Source: an uncultured virus (IMG/VR IMGVR_UViG_3300001596_000066) (lineage: Duplodnaviria; Heunggongvirae; Uroviricota; Caudoviricetes). Taken from it: a stretch of DNA of 62,363 nt. The notes below the pieces were generated by a model. It was not told where the DNA came from, searched no databases, and saw only the letters and a program-made list of their open reading frames with translations. Positions 46,862 to 55,355 of the stretch are shown piece after piece. A program made the position numbers and the translations under genes. Position 1 is the stretch's first letter. Every line of letters begins with the position of its first letter. The DNA lies in IMG/VR virus record IMGVR_UViG_3300001596_000066. One strand, written 5' to 3'.

Positions 46862-47067
46862 CGGCCGGCCCCAAATTGGCGCCGAAGCGCGGCCATGAAG
46901 CTTCCCAGGTTGCCGAGCACCCGTTCGTTCTGCCGTTGCGCTGCCTCAACCTTCAGCCGCTCCGTCATCGCCGCCCTCAGGTCGGCTCCCGTCCGGTGCT
47001 GAGACCGCGTGTCGCCGCGCTTCACCGCGTCCTGGTGCGCGGCGTGGGCTTGGTCGTAGTCGGTCAT
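46858..47067 (-). CDS. Hypothetical protein
   Basis: DAVKRGDTRSQH; coupled. Confidence 0.6.
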   Translation of the reverse strand: MTDYDQAHAAHQDAVKRGDTRSQHRTGADLRAAMTERLKVEAAQRQNERVLGNLGSFMAALRRQFGAGR

Positions 47068-47444
47068 TGGGTCGCCATCGCGAGCGCGGCTTCCAGCTTG
47101 GCTTTGTCGGCGTAGACCAGGGCGGTGTTGCGCTTCGATGACTTCAAGCCCGCGGGACGATCCTTGATGGCGTTCCGCAACACCTCGCTAACTGCGTTCG
47201 CGCCCCTGCAGTGCTTTGGCAGGAAGGCCATCGGCCGAACTGCCGGCCTCTCGTGGACGGCGTACTGCTCGCGTGCCTGGTTGTGACGGTACGCTTCTAA
47301 GGATGCCTTCGCGGTTTGAAGGATTGCGGCAGCGGATAGTTCGCAGGCGTTTGTTCCGTGACGCATTAGGTTGAGGCTCTCTGCGGCGGCGCTAAGCCGA
47401 ACCTGCTTGTACTTACCGGTTTTGGGATCAATCACCATCGTCAT
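47064..47444 (-). CDS. Hypothetical protein
   Basis: ATGA-coupled in operon. Confidence 0.55.
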   Translation of the reverse strand: MTMVIDPKTGKYKQVRLSAAAESLNLMRHGTNACELSAAAILQTAKASLEAYRHNQAREQYAVHERPAVRPMAFLPKHCRGANAVSEVLRNAIKDRPAGLKSSKRNTALVYADKAKLEAALAMATQ

Positions 47445-48433
47445 GCGCTCGCCTCCTGGCTGGCTCGGTCGCCCGGCCAGCGCCGCAGGAAGTCCGGAAC
47501 ATCCGGCATGCCTTCGTCGTCTCGGTTGGCCCCTCGCGGCCCGCCGGATTCGCGCTGATCAGAACGGCAACCCGACGGAACGCCATTCACGCAACCCTCG
47601 CCGCCCGTGCTTACATCACGGTTAGAGGGGCCCTCTGGGTAACTCGATATCTCGGAGGCGGCTTGCGAACCTTCGGCCATTCTAACGTCGGCCGCTGCAA
47701 CGGCGGGTGACGCGGAGGGCTCCGGGTCAGGTTCGCTTGGTTCGCTCGGGCTGCCGTCATCGCCCGCTGAGTAGGCCTCCTGCCGTGATGGTTTGGGCTC
47801 AGGGGTCGTGTGCGCACGCCCGAGCTTCTCGCCAAACTCGATCAGCTCGGGCGCGGCCTCGAACCATTCGCCATGCGTGCGGAGCGCAGAAAACTGAGCG
47901 TGGATTTCCATCTCTCTTTTCCTGCCGCCCGGGCAGGTCGCTAGAAGCCTAAGCTCGCAAGGCGATTGCGTGGTGAGAGCCAGAATCCTGCGTTTCGGGG
48001 TTCGGGAAACGCCGATCTTCACGCGGTTGAGATCGGGCGCCAGCAGGAAGTAGACGGTGCCTGACGTGTCTGTGCCGGGGATTTTTCCCTCGTCTTCAAG
48101 GGCGTCAAAAATCACCTGACGCGCGCGCCACATTCTCCGAGCCGGGCCGTCGTCTTCGTCTCGCGCGCGTGCGCGAGGGGGCCGCTCACCGGCGTCGCAG
48201 TCCAACGCGCGCATGTAGAGATCGATGATCTCGTTGAGTTCCGCGTGGCCAGTAGGATCGGCCTCGCGATTGCGACGAATGCCTATCACCGCCTTCAGTG
48301 CCGGCAGGCTCAATCCGACCGATTTGGCCTCTTTGTAGACCTCGGATTTGTCGGCATTGAGCGCCCGCGCCTCTTCCTCAAGGCGCTCGATCCGCTCGAC
48401 GAAGGAGCGCAAAACCTGATCGGACGCGGTCAT
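47441..48433 (-). CDS. GapR (DUF2312) + GIY-YIG (T5orf172/MUG113-like) fusion
   Basis: LRSFVERIERLEEE...VYKEAK..G; VYF...VKIGVS..P.RR...E.EIH.QF...GEWF. Confidence 0.8.
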   Translation of the reverse strand: MTASDQVLRSFVERIERLEEEARALNADKSEVYKEAKSVGLSLPALKAVIGIRRNREADPTGHAELNEIIDLYMRALDCDAGERPPRARARDEDDGPARRMWRARQVIFDALEDEGKIPGTDTSGTVYFLLAPDLNRVKIGVSRTPKRRILALTTQSPCELRLLATCPGGRKREMEIHAQFSALRTHGEWFEAAPELIEFGEKLGRAHTTPEPKPSRQEAYSAGDDGSPSEPSEPDPEPSASPAVAAADVRMAEGSQAASEISSYPEGPSNRDVSTGGEGCVNGVPSGCRSDQRESGGPRGANRDDEGMPDVPDFLRRWPGDRASQEASA

Positions 48434-48918
48434 GACGCCACCGCCTTCGGCCCGGAGTGCTCGGTGAGGTATCGGCAGCAGGCGATCTTCAGCGCCCTGA
48501 CATGTGGAACCATGGCCCGATGTTCGGTCGCATCGATCTGGCCGTCTTCCAGCGCCTCACCGAGCGTGGCCGACATGGCCCCGACCTGCGCGTTGAACTT
48601 GTAGCCGTCGATGCCCTCGCCCTCGACGGCATGCGCGCCCTGCCCAGCGGGGCTGAGGATCTCTGACGTGAACGCCGGCCCGAGCGCGGCCATGATCCGC
48701 CAGAGCTTTTCGCCCAGCGGCACCTTGCCGTTCCGGTAGCCTTCGAGCGTGCGGACATCGAGGCCGGTGACTTCCGCAAGCGAGCGGATCGACCAGGGCT
48801 TACCCAGGCCCACGTGCCGGCGAAACGCATCACTCACGATCTCGGAGAGCAGGTCCGACGTGATCGCCGTGATCTTCCCGCTGTCAATGTTGACGGGGGC
48901 ATCCTTAGTGTTCGGCAT
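48430..48918 (-). CDS. CII-like HTH regulator
   Basis: SLAEVTGLDVRTLEGYRNG; ALEDGQIDATE; downstream of cro. Confidence 0.65.
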   Translation of the reverse strand: MPNTKDAPVNIDSGKITAITSDLLSEIVSDAFRRHVGLGKPWSIRSLAEVTGLDVRTLEGYRNGKVPLGEKLWRIMAALGPAFTSEILSPAGQGAHAVEGEGIDGYKFNAQVGAMSATLGEALEDGQIDATEHRAMVPHVRALKIACCRYLTEHSGPKAVAS

Positions 48919-49252
48919 GCGACGGATCACCTCCAATTCGGGAACTCACTTGCCGGCACAGGTCACTGCCGAGCGCCTGCCCTTCGTTCAGGGCGGCCTT
49001 GACGGATGACCATGTGTCGGCATCAACGCGGATCTGGCCTTGACCGGTCCGCAGAACCTCGATCGCGCGGGCCTTGCCCGGAATGCGGCGGATGTAGCCG
49101 CGATCTTCCAAGCCAAGGATCAGGCGATCGATGCCAGATTTCGCCGCCAGCCCCATGGCTTCGGCCATCTCGTCAAACGACGGCGCGACGCCGGTCTGGC
49201 CAATGTGATCGTCCAGCAGATGAAGCAGTTTCGCTTGCTTCGCGGTCAGCAC
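48905..49252 (-). CDS. LexA DNA-binding-domain-only protein
   Basis: LTAKQ...GVAPSFDEMAEAMGL.AKSGIDRLI.GLEDRGYIRRIPGKARAIEVL; no peptidase domain. Confidence 0.8.
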   Translation of the reverse strand: MLTAKQAKLLHLLDDHIGQTGVAPSFDEMAEAMGLAAKSGIDRLILGLEDRGYIRRIPGKARAIEVLRTGQGQIRVDADTWSSVKAALNEGQALGSDLCRQVSSRIGGDPSHAEH

Positions 49253-49301
49253 GTCGCGGCCCCCAGCCCATCGGCGTTGTCGTTCGACGTGTGCTGGCGG
49301 G

Positions 49302-49508
49302 TCACGGGGTGACAACCCATGCTGTGTCAGGACGGGCGCCATGAGACGCTGGGATTGGCCCGACACTGTTTGTGCAGCGCGCGCAGCGATACTGCTCGCC
49401 TTCCGGGCCGTTCCAGTAGTCTTGCGGGATGTGCATGCGACCGGATGTTCCGGGCTTGGTCGGGTTCACAAATTGTCCGCACGTCACGCAATTCGGTGGA
49501 TACATCAC
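49302..49508 (-). CDS. Small Cys-rich protein
   Basis: CVTC...CARC. Confidence 0.5.
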   Translation of the reverse strand: MMYPPNCVTCGQFVNPTKPGTSGRMHIPQDYWNGPEGEQYRCARCTNSVGPIPASHGARPDTAWVVTP

Positions 49509-49846
49509 GGCTTGGGCTCCCAAAACACGCCGGCCTCTCCGCACCGCCCGTTGCGAGATCGCGCCTCATCGCACAATGCATTGTCGATGGTTGGCTGGCC
49601 CTTCGGGATATGCCAGCGCACAGCGCGGTTCATGCAGGTGTCGACGGATCGACCCGAGCGGGGCTGGTCATCGTAATGGATGCAGTTGATGCAGGGGCGC
49701 TGCATACCAAGCTCGACGAATTCACGGTCTATTGCCGCGTAATCGGATGCGGTTGGTCGTTCCGTGACTGGCCGGGCGCCAATGCCATCGGTCTCGTTAG
49801 GCGCGCCAACGTCAGCGCCGCATTCAAAGCAAACCTCCCCGCTCAC
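49505..49846 (-). CDS. Cys-rich hypothetical protein
   Basis: CINCIH...C...R...CGEAGVFWE. Confidence 0.6.
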   Translation of the reverse strand: MSGEVCFECGADVGAPNETDGIGARPVTERPTASDYAAIDREFVELGMQRPCINCIHYDDQPRSGRSVDTCMNRAVRWHIPKGQPTIDNALCDEARSRNGRCGEAGVFWEPKP

Positions 49847-50058
49847 GCCGCGCCTCGCTCGTCGGGGGCCGGCATCTCCAAGAAGTCATTTGCTGTGACA
49901 GCGCCGTTGGTTACGCGGACGAGAACTTCGGCGACCTCTTTCGGAGGGTATGATTTGCCCGATCGGTAGCGACTTACCTGCGGTCGGCTAACGCCAAGCA
50001 TTTCGGCCATCTGCCAATCGCGCAGATTATTGGCGGCCATGTAGTCTGAAAGCGTCAT
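49843..50058 (-). CDS. cro: Cro-like repressor
   Basis: MTLSDYM...AEMLGVSRPQVSRY...TNGAVTANDF; divergent from repressor. Confidence 0.85.
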   Translation of the reverse strand: MTLSDYMAANNLRDWQMAEMLGVSRPQVSRYRSGKSYPPKEVAEVLVRVTNGAVTANDFLEMPAPDERGAA

Positions 50059-50066
50059 GAGCCCGG

Positions 50067-50095
50067 AAAGTACGGGAAATGCACACTCTAGGCAA
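50067..50095 (-). promoter_or_regulatory. pR-like promoter with operator GTACGG-N3-ATGCAC (50070-50084)
   Basis: TTGCCT-N17-TACTTT, 8 nt before the cro ATG (near-leaderless). Confidence 0.65.
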
Positions 50096-50138
50096 CCGGT
50101 TTTTTCGGACCTTCTCGCTTTCGGTTTAGCCCTCAAAA

Positions 50139-50153
50139 GTGCATAACATGCAC
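50139..50153. promoter_or_regulatory. Palindromic operator GTGCAT-N3-ATGCAC
   Basis: Perfect 6-3-6 palindrome before the repressor; three variants at pR and pL. Confidence 0.7.
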
Positions 50154-50168
50154 AAATCCTCTGGGGGC

Positions 50169-50789
50169 ATGATGGCCAAGCCCAAGCATTTCATTCGCCA
50201 ATGGAGAAAGTACCGCGGCCTCACGCTCAAAGACGTGGCCGCGCGATGCGACTCGTCTCATGCCACGATCTCACGAATTGAGCGCGGCGCAGTCGCCTAC
50301 ACCCAGCAGAAACTAGAGTGCTTTGCGCGCGTCTTTCAATGCGCCGCCGGCGATCTGCTGACGAAGAATCCTCTTGAGGGGCCCGTCGGTGCTTCTGATG
50401 GCGGCCCCGACGTGGCTGCAACGCCACTAAGCAAGCCCAACTTCCTGAAGGATTGGCGAGACTTCAGAGGCTTGCGTCAGGCCAATATCTCGATGCTCTT
50501 GGGCCTGTCTACCCAACAGATCTCCAATATCGAACGGGGCGTTGGCGAACTGACGCCTGAACTATTGGATGCTTTCGCTGACATCTACAAGACAACAACA
50601 ACCGACTTGCTGACCCGACCGCCGCCGAAACGAGCGCTCGCCAGAAGCCTCATCGACCGCCTTGATGAACGGGATTTCGCTGTTGCTTTGGCGTTACTCG
50701 AAGCCTTGGCCGAGCGCCCGGCCGCTCGCTCCACTACCGAGGCCGGCGTAACGGAGTCCGGGGCTATGCCGGAATCGAAACTGCGTTAG
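50169..50789 (+). CDS. CI-like repressor with two tandem XRE HTH domains, no S24 peptidase
   Basis: FIRQWRKYRGLT...ISRIERG...DLLTKNP and FLKDWRDFRGL...ISNIERG...DLLTRPP. Confidence 0.85.
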   Translation: MMAKPKHFIRQWRKYRGLTLKDVAARCDSSHATISRIERGAVAYTQQKLECFARVFQCAAGDLLTKNPLEGPVGASDGGPDVAATPLSKPNFLKDWRDFRGLRQANISMLLGLSTQQISNIERGVGELTPELLDAFADIYKTTTTDLLTRPPPKRALARSLIDRLDERDFAVALALLEALAERPAARSTTEAGVTESGAMPESKLR

Positions 50790-50793
50790 AGCC

Positions 50794-51771
50794 TCACTGC
50801 AACCCCGCAAAAGGCGCGAACTTCTTCAGCTCAGCCTGCACCTCTGTCAACGAGCGCGCGCCAGTAGCCATCTGGACCCGCATCACAGCCGCCCTAATCG
50901 CTCCGCGCGAGATCGGCATGACTCGTGCAAGGTCGCCCTCCGCGTACCCCTTCATGATGCCGAGTAACGCTTCAGATTGGTCTGTGTCGGTGCCGAACTT
51001 TGCGCCGTAGGCCACAACGGGCGAATACCTCATGGTCGGATCGAAGAAACGCACAACAGCGAGAACTTCGTCTGTGAGCGCGCTCGGCAGCCGGATCGGC
51101 TCAGCCTGGACCTGAACACGGCGCTGCCGCGAGTCGCCCATTTCCAAGGTCACGGTTGAATTCAGAGCGCTGCCGTTCTCGACTGCGGCCCGGATCGTTT
51201 CCAACAGGAATGATCGCGACGGCTGGCCCGGGCCGGTGATCCCGAACTCGCCGTAGCTCACCACGTCAGGTGATTGCGACAAGAGGTCATCGACAGCCGC
51301 GTTTGCGCACACGATCGATCCGTTGCTCTTGACTATTGCGGTCGGCACCTCGCCAAACACCAGCGCGTGCTTGAGGTCGACCAGCTTCCCCACCTCTTCA
51401 GAACTCTCTGCCTTCCACTCTCTGACCGTAACGATGTGGTCTTCATCAACGACCTCGTGGGCCGCAAACAACACGCGGCCATTGTTGTAGAAACGTGCCT
51501 GATAGGAAGATGGCTGAGTTGTCCGCCGAAGCATTATGGCTCGGTTGATGTAATCCGAGTGGCTGATATTCATGTTTATGTTGACAAGGGATAAGCTAAG
51601 GGATTGCTCCATGTACTCCTGATACCACTTTGGTTGATATGTGAAGTTCTCTTCGAAGTACTCGTCGAGTATGGAATTCGTGTAAACTATCCTGCCTGCT
51701 TTCGTGGTCGCCATCACCTCGAAGCCATGGCTTGTCCAACTCCTTATCTTTTCAAAGTAGATTCCCGCCAC
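50794..51771 (-). CDS. PAS-PAS-LuxR-type HTH regulator
   Basis: GRIVYTN / NGRVL (PAS), AIVKSNGSIVCANAA..LL (PAS), degenerate LuxR HTH ending ATGARSLTEV. Confidence 0.65.
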   Translation of the reverse strand: MAGIYFEKIRSWTSHGFEVMATTKAGRIVYTNSILDEYFEENFTYQPKWYQEYMEQSLSLSLVNINMNISHSDYINRAIMLRRTTQPSSYQARFYNNGRVLFAAHEVVDEDHIVTVREWKAESSEEVGKLVDLKHALVFGEVPTAIVKSNGSIVCANAAVDDLLSQSPDVVSYGEFGITGPGQPSRSFLLETIRAAVENGSALNSTVTLEMGDSRQRRVQVQAEPIRLPSALTDEVLAVVRFFDPTMRYSPVVAYGAKFGTDTDQSEALLGIMKGYAEGDLARVMPISRGAIRAAVMRVQMATGARSLTEVQAELKKFAPFAGLQ

Positions 51772-51887
51772 GATGACACCCTAGGAAAGCCACCTGCGCT
51801 CTATCTCTGGGGGCTAGCGCATAGATAGAAAATGTAATACACTTCTAATGTATAAACTAGTTTTGCAATTTCGTGAAGGGGTAAAGG

Positions 51888-52271
51888 ATGGCTCTACCAA
51901 TCAAGGAAATCGAAACGCGGCTCGTTGAGGCCGGTCACTCCGACGAAGAGGCGCGGCTAGCCGGCCGTCTCTACAAGATGTTTGTCGCGTTCGCTGGGCA
52001 GCATCCAGGCCGGATGATTGCCCCGCCCTACTTAGCCGACATGGCTTGGCACGAACACTTGGCGATGGCGGGTTATACTCAGGACACAGTAGCGGCCTGC
52101 GGGCGGGCGTTGGTGCATGACGCTGACGAATTTGACAGCGAGCCCTTCTGGGAAGCGTGGGCGTTTTCTCGCGAATTGTTCAGCGAAGAGGGGGTGAACC
52201 TTCCGCGCAGAGGCGAGGATTCTGCCGGTTCCAGCCTTCGGCCGCATACATGCGTTGTCTTGGCTGCTTAA
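51888..52271 (+). CDS. GRDP/DUF1399-like small protein
   Basis: YKMF...P..LADMAWHEHL...Y..D....G..LVH...AW. Confidence 0.6.
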   Translation: MALPIKEIETRLVEAGHSDEEARLAGRLYKMFVAFAGQHPGRMIAPPYLADMAWHEHLAMAGYTQDTVAACGRALVHDADEFDSEPFWEAWAFSRELFSEEGVNLPRRGEDSAGSSLRPHTCVVLAA

Positions 52272-52397
52272 ACGGGCGCGGGCGGCCCAGCGTCGCCCGC
52301 GTCGTCTGCATCGTGGCGAGGGAGGTGTGAGGGGTCGACCGGGTGTGTACACCTCGTTACGACGAGAGTAGAATCTTTCCTGAAAGGAAAGATTTGG

Positions 52398-53141
52398 ATG
52401 GCTAAGCCGGATCAGATACCGACTGACCTCACCATTGATCTCGGAGACGAACTCGCCCCCGACGAGTTTGTTGGCGCTGTCCGGAGTTTCTTTGGCTATG
52501 TTTCTGAAATCACAGAGGCCCAACGGGGCGACGGCTCCGAGATAAGCTGGACGGTGCGCGTGAAGGAGGGCAGCGCACTCATCGGTGTGGAGCCAAACGC
52601 AGCGGCCCCAACGTCTCGCCTCGCCATGATATATGCAAAGGCCATGCACGGCCCATTGTCTTTGGCTAAAGGCGATATTCAAGGCGCCGGCCTCACTGAG
52701 AAGGCCATCGGACACCTGAAAAGCCTGTCTGACTTGGCTGAAAAGAAGCGAGACGGTGAGGGCGTTAGGCTGTGGGTGGAACGTAGGGCCGTCAGTATAA
52801 AAGGGGCTATCGCAAAAACCATCCGCGAAGACTGGGAAAGCGATTACTACGACTACGGCACTATTGAGGGCAGGCTAGAGGCAATTCTTGACGCTAGAGG
52901 AGCCCTAAAAATAAGGGTTAAGGACTTCCTGTATTCCCGGCCGATTAGCTGCGTTGTTCCGGAAAAGCTGATTGACAAGGTGCTTAGTAGTTTTCGCCGC
53001 AGGGTCGAGATAGATGGCCGCATTCACTATCGCAAGAACGGCACGCCAATAAGCATAGAAGCCGATAACATTGGCCTTCTCCCGGAAGATGACGAGTTGC
53101 CGACCCCTGACGATGTCCGCGGAATCATGGTGTCTGCGTGA
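52398..53141 (+). CDS. Hypothetical protein, putative partner of PIN nuclease
   Basis: 247 aa, GTIEGRLEAI beta-rich C-half; GTGA overlap with PIN gene. Confidence 0.75.
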   Translation: MAKPDQIPTDLTIDLGDELAPDEFVGAVRSFFGYVSEITEAQRGDGSEISWTVRVKEGSALIGVEPNAAAPTSRLAMIYAKAMHGPLSLAKGDIQGAGLTEKAIGHLKSLSDLAEKKRDGEGVRLWVERRAVSIKGAIAKTIREDWESDYYDYGTIEGRLEAILDARGALKIRVKDFLYSRPISCVVPEKLIDKVLSSFRRRVEIDGRIHYRKNGTPISIEADNIGLLPEDDELPTPDDVRGIMVSA

Positions 53142-53620
53142 CGGTCGAAAAAATATACTGGGACAGTGATTGCTTTTTGGGATTTTTTCAGGCTGAACCC
53201 GAAAAAGTCGGCAAGTGCGGCGCCGTTATAGATCGAGCTGAGCTTGGCGATGTGCTGATTGTAACGTCGGCCCTCACTATTGCTGAAGTGCTTTGGATGA
53301 GGAACGCGCCCAAACTCCGCAAGGAGAAAGCGGATGTGCTTCGGCGGTTTTTTCGGCGCTCGATCATGCGTGTCCACAATGTCACGAGAAAAATCGCTGA
53401 GGATGCTCAGGACCTTGTTTGGGACCATTCAATCAAACCAAAGGACGCGCTACACGTTGCCACCGCTCTGCACTTAAGGGTGGATGCGCTCGAAACGTTT
53501 GATGAACGGCTGCTTTCCAAAAGCGGCACAGTTGGCAGCCCTCTTCTGCTCATACGGGAGCCACAAGACCATGCCCAAGGATCCATGAATTTAGTGCTGC
53601 CGGGAGGCGAGCCAGCCTAG
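53138..53620 (+). CDS. PIN-domain (VapC-like) nuclease
   Basis: YWDSD, SALTIAEV, KDALHVATA, TFDERL acidic tetrad. Confidence 0.88.
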   Translation: MTVEKIYWDSDCFLGFFQAEPEKVGKCGAVIDRAELGDVLIVTSALTIAEVLWMRNAPKLRKEKADVLRRFFRRSIMRVHNVTRKIAEDAQDLVWDHSIKPKDALHVATALHLRVDALETFDERLLSKSGTVGSPLLLIREPQDHAQGSMNLVLPGGEPA

Positions 53621-53650
53621 GCCAACCCTCAACCTTGTATGCTAGCCACC

Positions 53651-53676
53651 ACCCCGCCCCGGCGGGGTTTTCTTTT
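53651..53676 (+). terminator. Intrinsic terminator
   Basis: ACCCCGCC-CC-GGCGGGGT TTTCTTTT. Confidence 0.8.
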
Positions 53677-53705
53677 GGGCGGGTGGTGGGCGAGACCGCC
53701 GAGAT

Positions 53706-53756
53706 GTTCATTAAATGCAAATTTTGCTTGACCATTATGTTCATTTACCGCACTCT
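53706..53756 (+). promoter_or_regulatory. pL-like promoter with two operator variants
   Basis: TTGACC-N17-CACTCT; GTTCAT-N3-ATGCAA (53706) and GTTCAT-N3-CCGCAC (53739). Confidence 0.65.
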
Positions 53757-53913
53757 CTCCCCATCAGGCCAAACGCCTGATCGCCTCCGGCCCGGTCTCT
53801 GACGTCGCTGTTCGGTGCCGGGCCCGGAGGCGCCCGTTCAACGAAGGGCGTAGCCGCCGGCCTCGCCGGTAAAGACCCCTTAGCGGTGGGGTCGGCGGCA
53901 GGGGTGGAGAGAG

Positions 53914-54180
53914 ATGGGCAAGAACTTCATTCGGTTGGAGCAGAGCATCGACGGGCTGATGGTTACTGCCCGCGCAGACTATCATCCCCATCCTGTCGAC
54001 GGTTGGGATTGCTTGGTTCGTTGCGGCCAATACAAAGAGTATCGGACGCCCAATCAGACCGGCAATGACGTCTGGTCGACCCTGCATGACATGATTGACT
54101 TGGCCGTGTTTGACGCCCGCAGGCGGGGTGTGGGCTACCCCGGACGGGTTGGTCATTCCCTGGCGGGCGCCACCCAATGA
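53914..54180 (+). CDS. Hypothetical protein (first pL gene)
   Basis: GGAGAG RBS; coupled. Confidence 0.55.
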   Translation: MGKNFIRLEQSIDGLMVTARADYHPHPVDGWDCLVRCGQYKEYRTPNQTGNDVWSTLHDMIDLAVFDARRRGVGYPGRVGHSLAGATQ

Positions 54181-54428
54181 CCGCCGTCGCCCTCTACCAC
54201 CACGTCTACCGCGCCGACGATGGCGAGCCAATCATGAGCGGCCAGTTCCAGGACGAGTACGAGGCGCTGGAGGATCTGGCCGAGAGCCCGAGCCGGTGGA
54301 CGAGCTACTGCTACACGGCCGTGATCACCACGCTCGGCTGCACGATCACGAACATGGAAGACGACGCCCGGGCGCTCGCTGATGAGTGGCGGGCTGAGCG
54401 GCGCTTCCTGCCGATGGCGGCGGAGTGA
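54177..54428 (+). CDS. Hypothetical protein
   Basis: Coupled on both sides. Confidence 0.6.
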   Translation: MTAVALYHHVYRADDGEPIMSGQFQDEYEALEDLAESPSRWTSYCYTAVITTLGCTITNMEDDARALADEWRAERRFLPMAAE

Positions 54429-54619
54429 GGCTCATGACCGACCTCGACGAAATCCGAAAGCGGCTGGCCTTTTTCTATTGGCCGGCAGACGTTGACCGCT
54501 GGCTCTCGCGGCCGCACCCACAACTGAGCGGACAACGGCCTATCGACCTCATCAACGCGGGCAGCCCGCAGCCGGTCCGCCAGATTCTCGATCGGCTCGA
54601 AGCGGACGCCTATCTGTGA
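54425..54619 (+). CDS. Orphan Xre/MbcA/ParS toxin-binding domain (DUF2384) 1
   Basis: RWLSRPHPQLSGQRPIDLI..G...V..ILDRLEADAYL. Confidence 0.8.
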   Translation: MRLMTDLDEIRKRLAFFYWPADVDRWLSRPHPQLSGQRPIDLINAGSPQPVRQILDRLEADAYL

Positions 54620-54747
54620 TGAACCGCCCCCGCTTCATCCGCGACATGATCGCGCTGATCATGCTGCTGGCCATCCTCTACATCGGCGTGAACGTGGTAT
54701 TCGCGGCGGCCGATCCAGCCGCATGGTCGCTGGCGGTGACGTCATGA
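54619..54747 (+). CDS. 42-aa single-TM peptide (not in ORF track)
   Basis: MNRPRFIRDMIALIMLLAILYIGVNVVF...; TGATG/ATGA coupling. Confidence 0.5.
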   Translation: MNRPRFIRDMIALIMLLAILYIGVNVVFAAADPAAWSLAVTS

Positions 54748-55355
54748 GCGAACGCGGACTCCGCTGGCCAGCCAACCGGCCGCGCACGCCAGCCGGTCAG
54801 CGCAAGTACGGGCGGTTCGCAACGCGCCACATCCCGCACGGCCGGTCGTGGTCGCAGACAGAATCGGTGACGATCTCGCAAGCTCTGGATCGCCTCGACG
54901 ACGAGGTTGAGCGCCTTGGCGGCCGGTATCCCAACGTCACGACCGACGTCGAGACCCGCCTTGACGGCCGCCCCCGGTCCGGCGCGCGCAAGCCTGATGA
55001 TCCAGGCGTTGCGGTCTACTTTGTCCTTCACGGTGAAGAGATCGTGTTGGCCTGCGATACCTACACCGAAGTCGCGCAAAACATCGCCGCCATCGCAGCC
55101 CATATCGACGCCACGCGGGCGATCGAACGCTATGGCGTCGGTACTGCCCGCGAGATGTTCCAGGCGTTCTTGGCCCTGCCAGAGCCCGGCGCCAAGCGCA
55201 ATTGGTGGGAAGTGCTGCAGGTCGATCCGGGCGCCAGCTATGAGGCTGTCCGCGCGGCCTACAACCGCCTTGCAAAAGAGCGACACCCCGACCGCGGCGG
55301 GTCCGACGCCATGATGGCTGAATTGAACGCCGCCCGCGACGAAGGGCTGGCGTAA
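54744..55355 (+). CDS. Phage J-domain protein
   Basis: DPGVAVYF...LACD; WWEVL...HPDRGGS..MAELNAARD. Confidence 0.9.
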   Translation: MSERGLRWPANRPRTPAGQRKYGRFATRHIPHGRSWSQTESVTISQALDRLDDEVERLGGRYPNVTTDVETRLDGRPRSGARKPDDPGVAVYFVLHGEEIVLACDTYTEVAQNIAAIAAHIDATRAIERYGVGTAREMFQAFLALPEPGAKRNWWEVLQVDPGASYEAVRAAYNRLAKERHPDRGGSDAMMAELNAARDEGLA

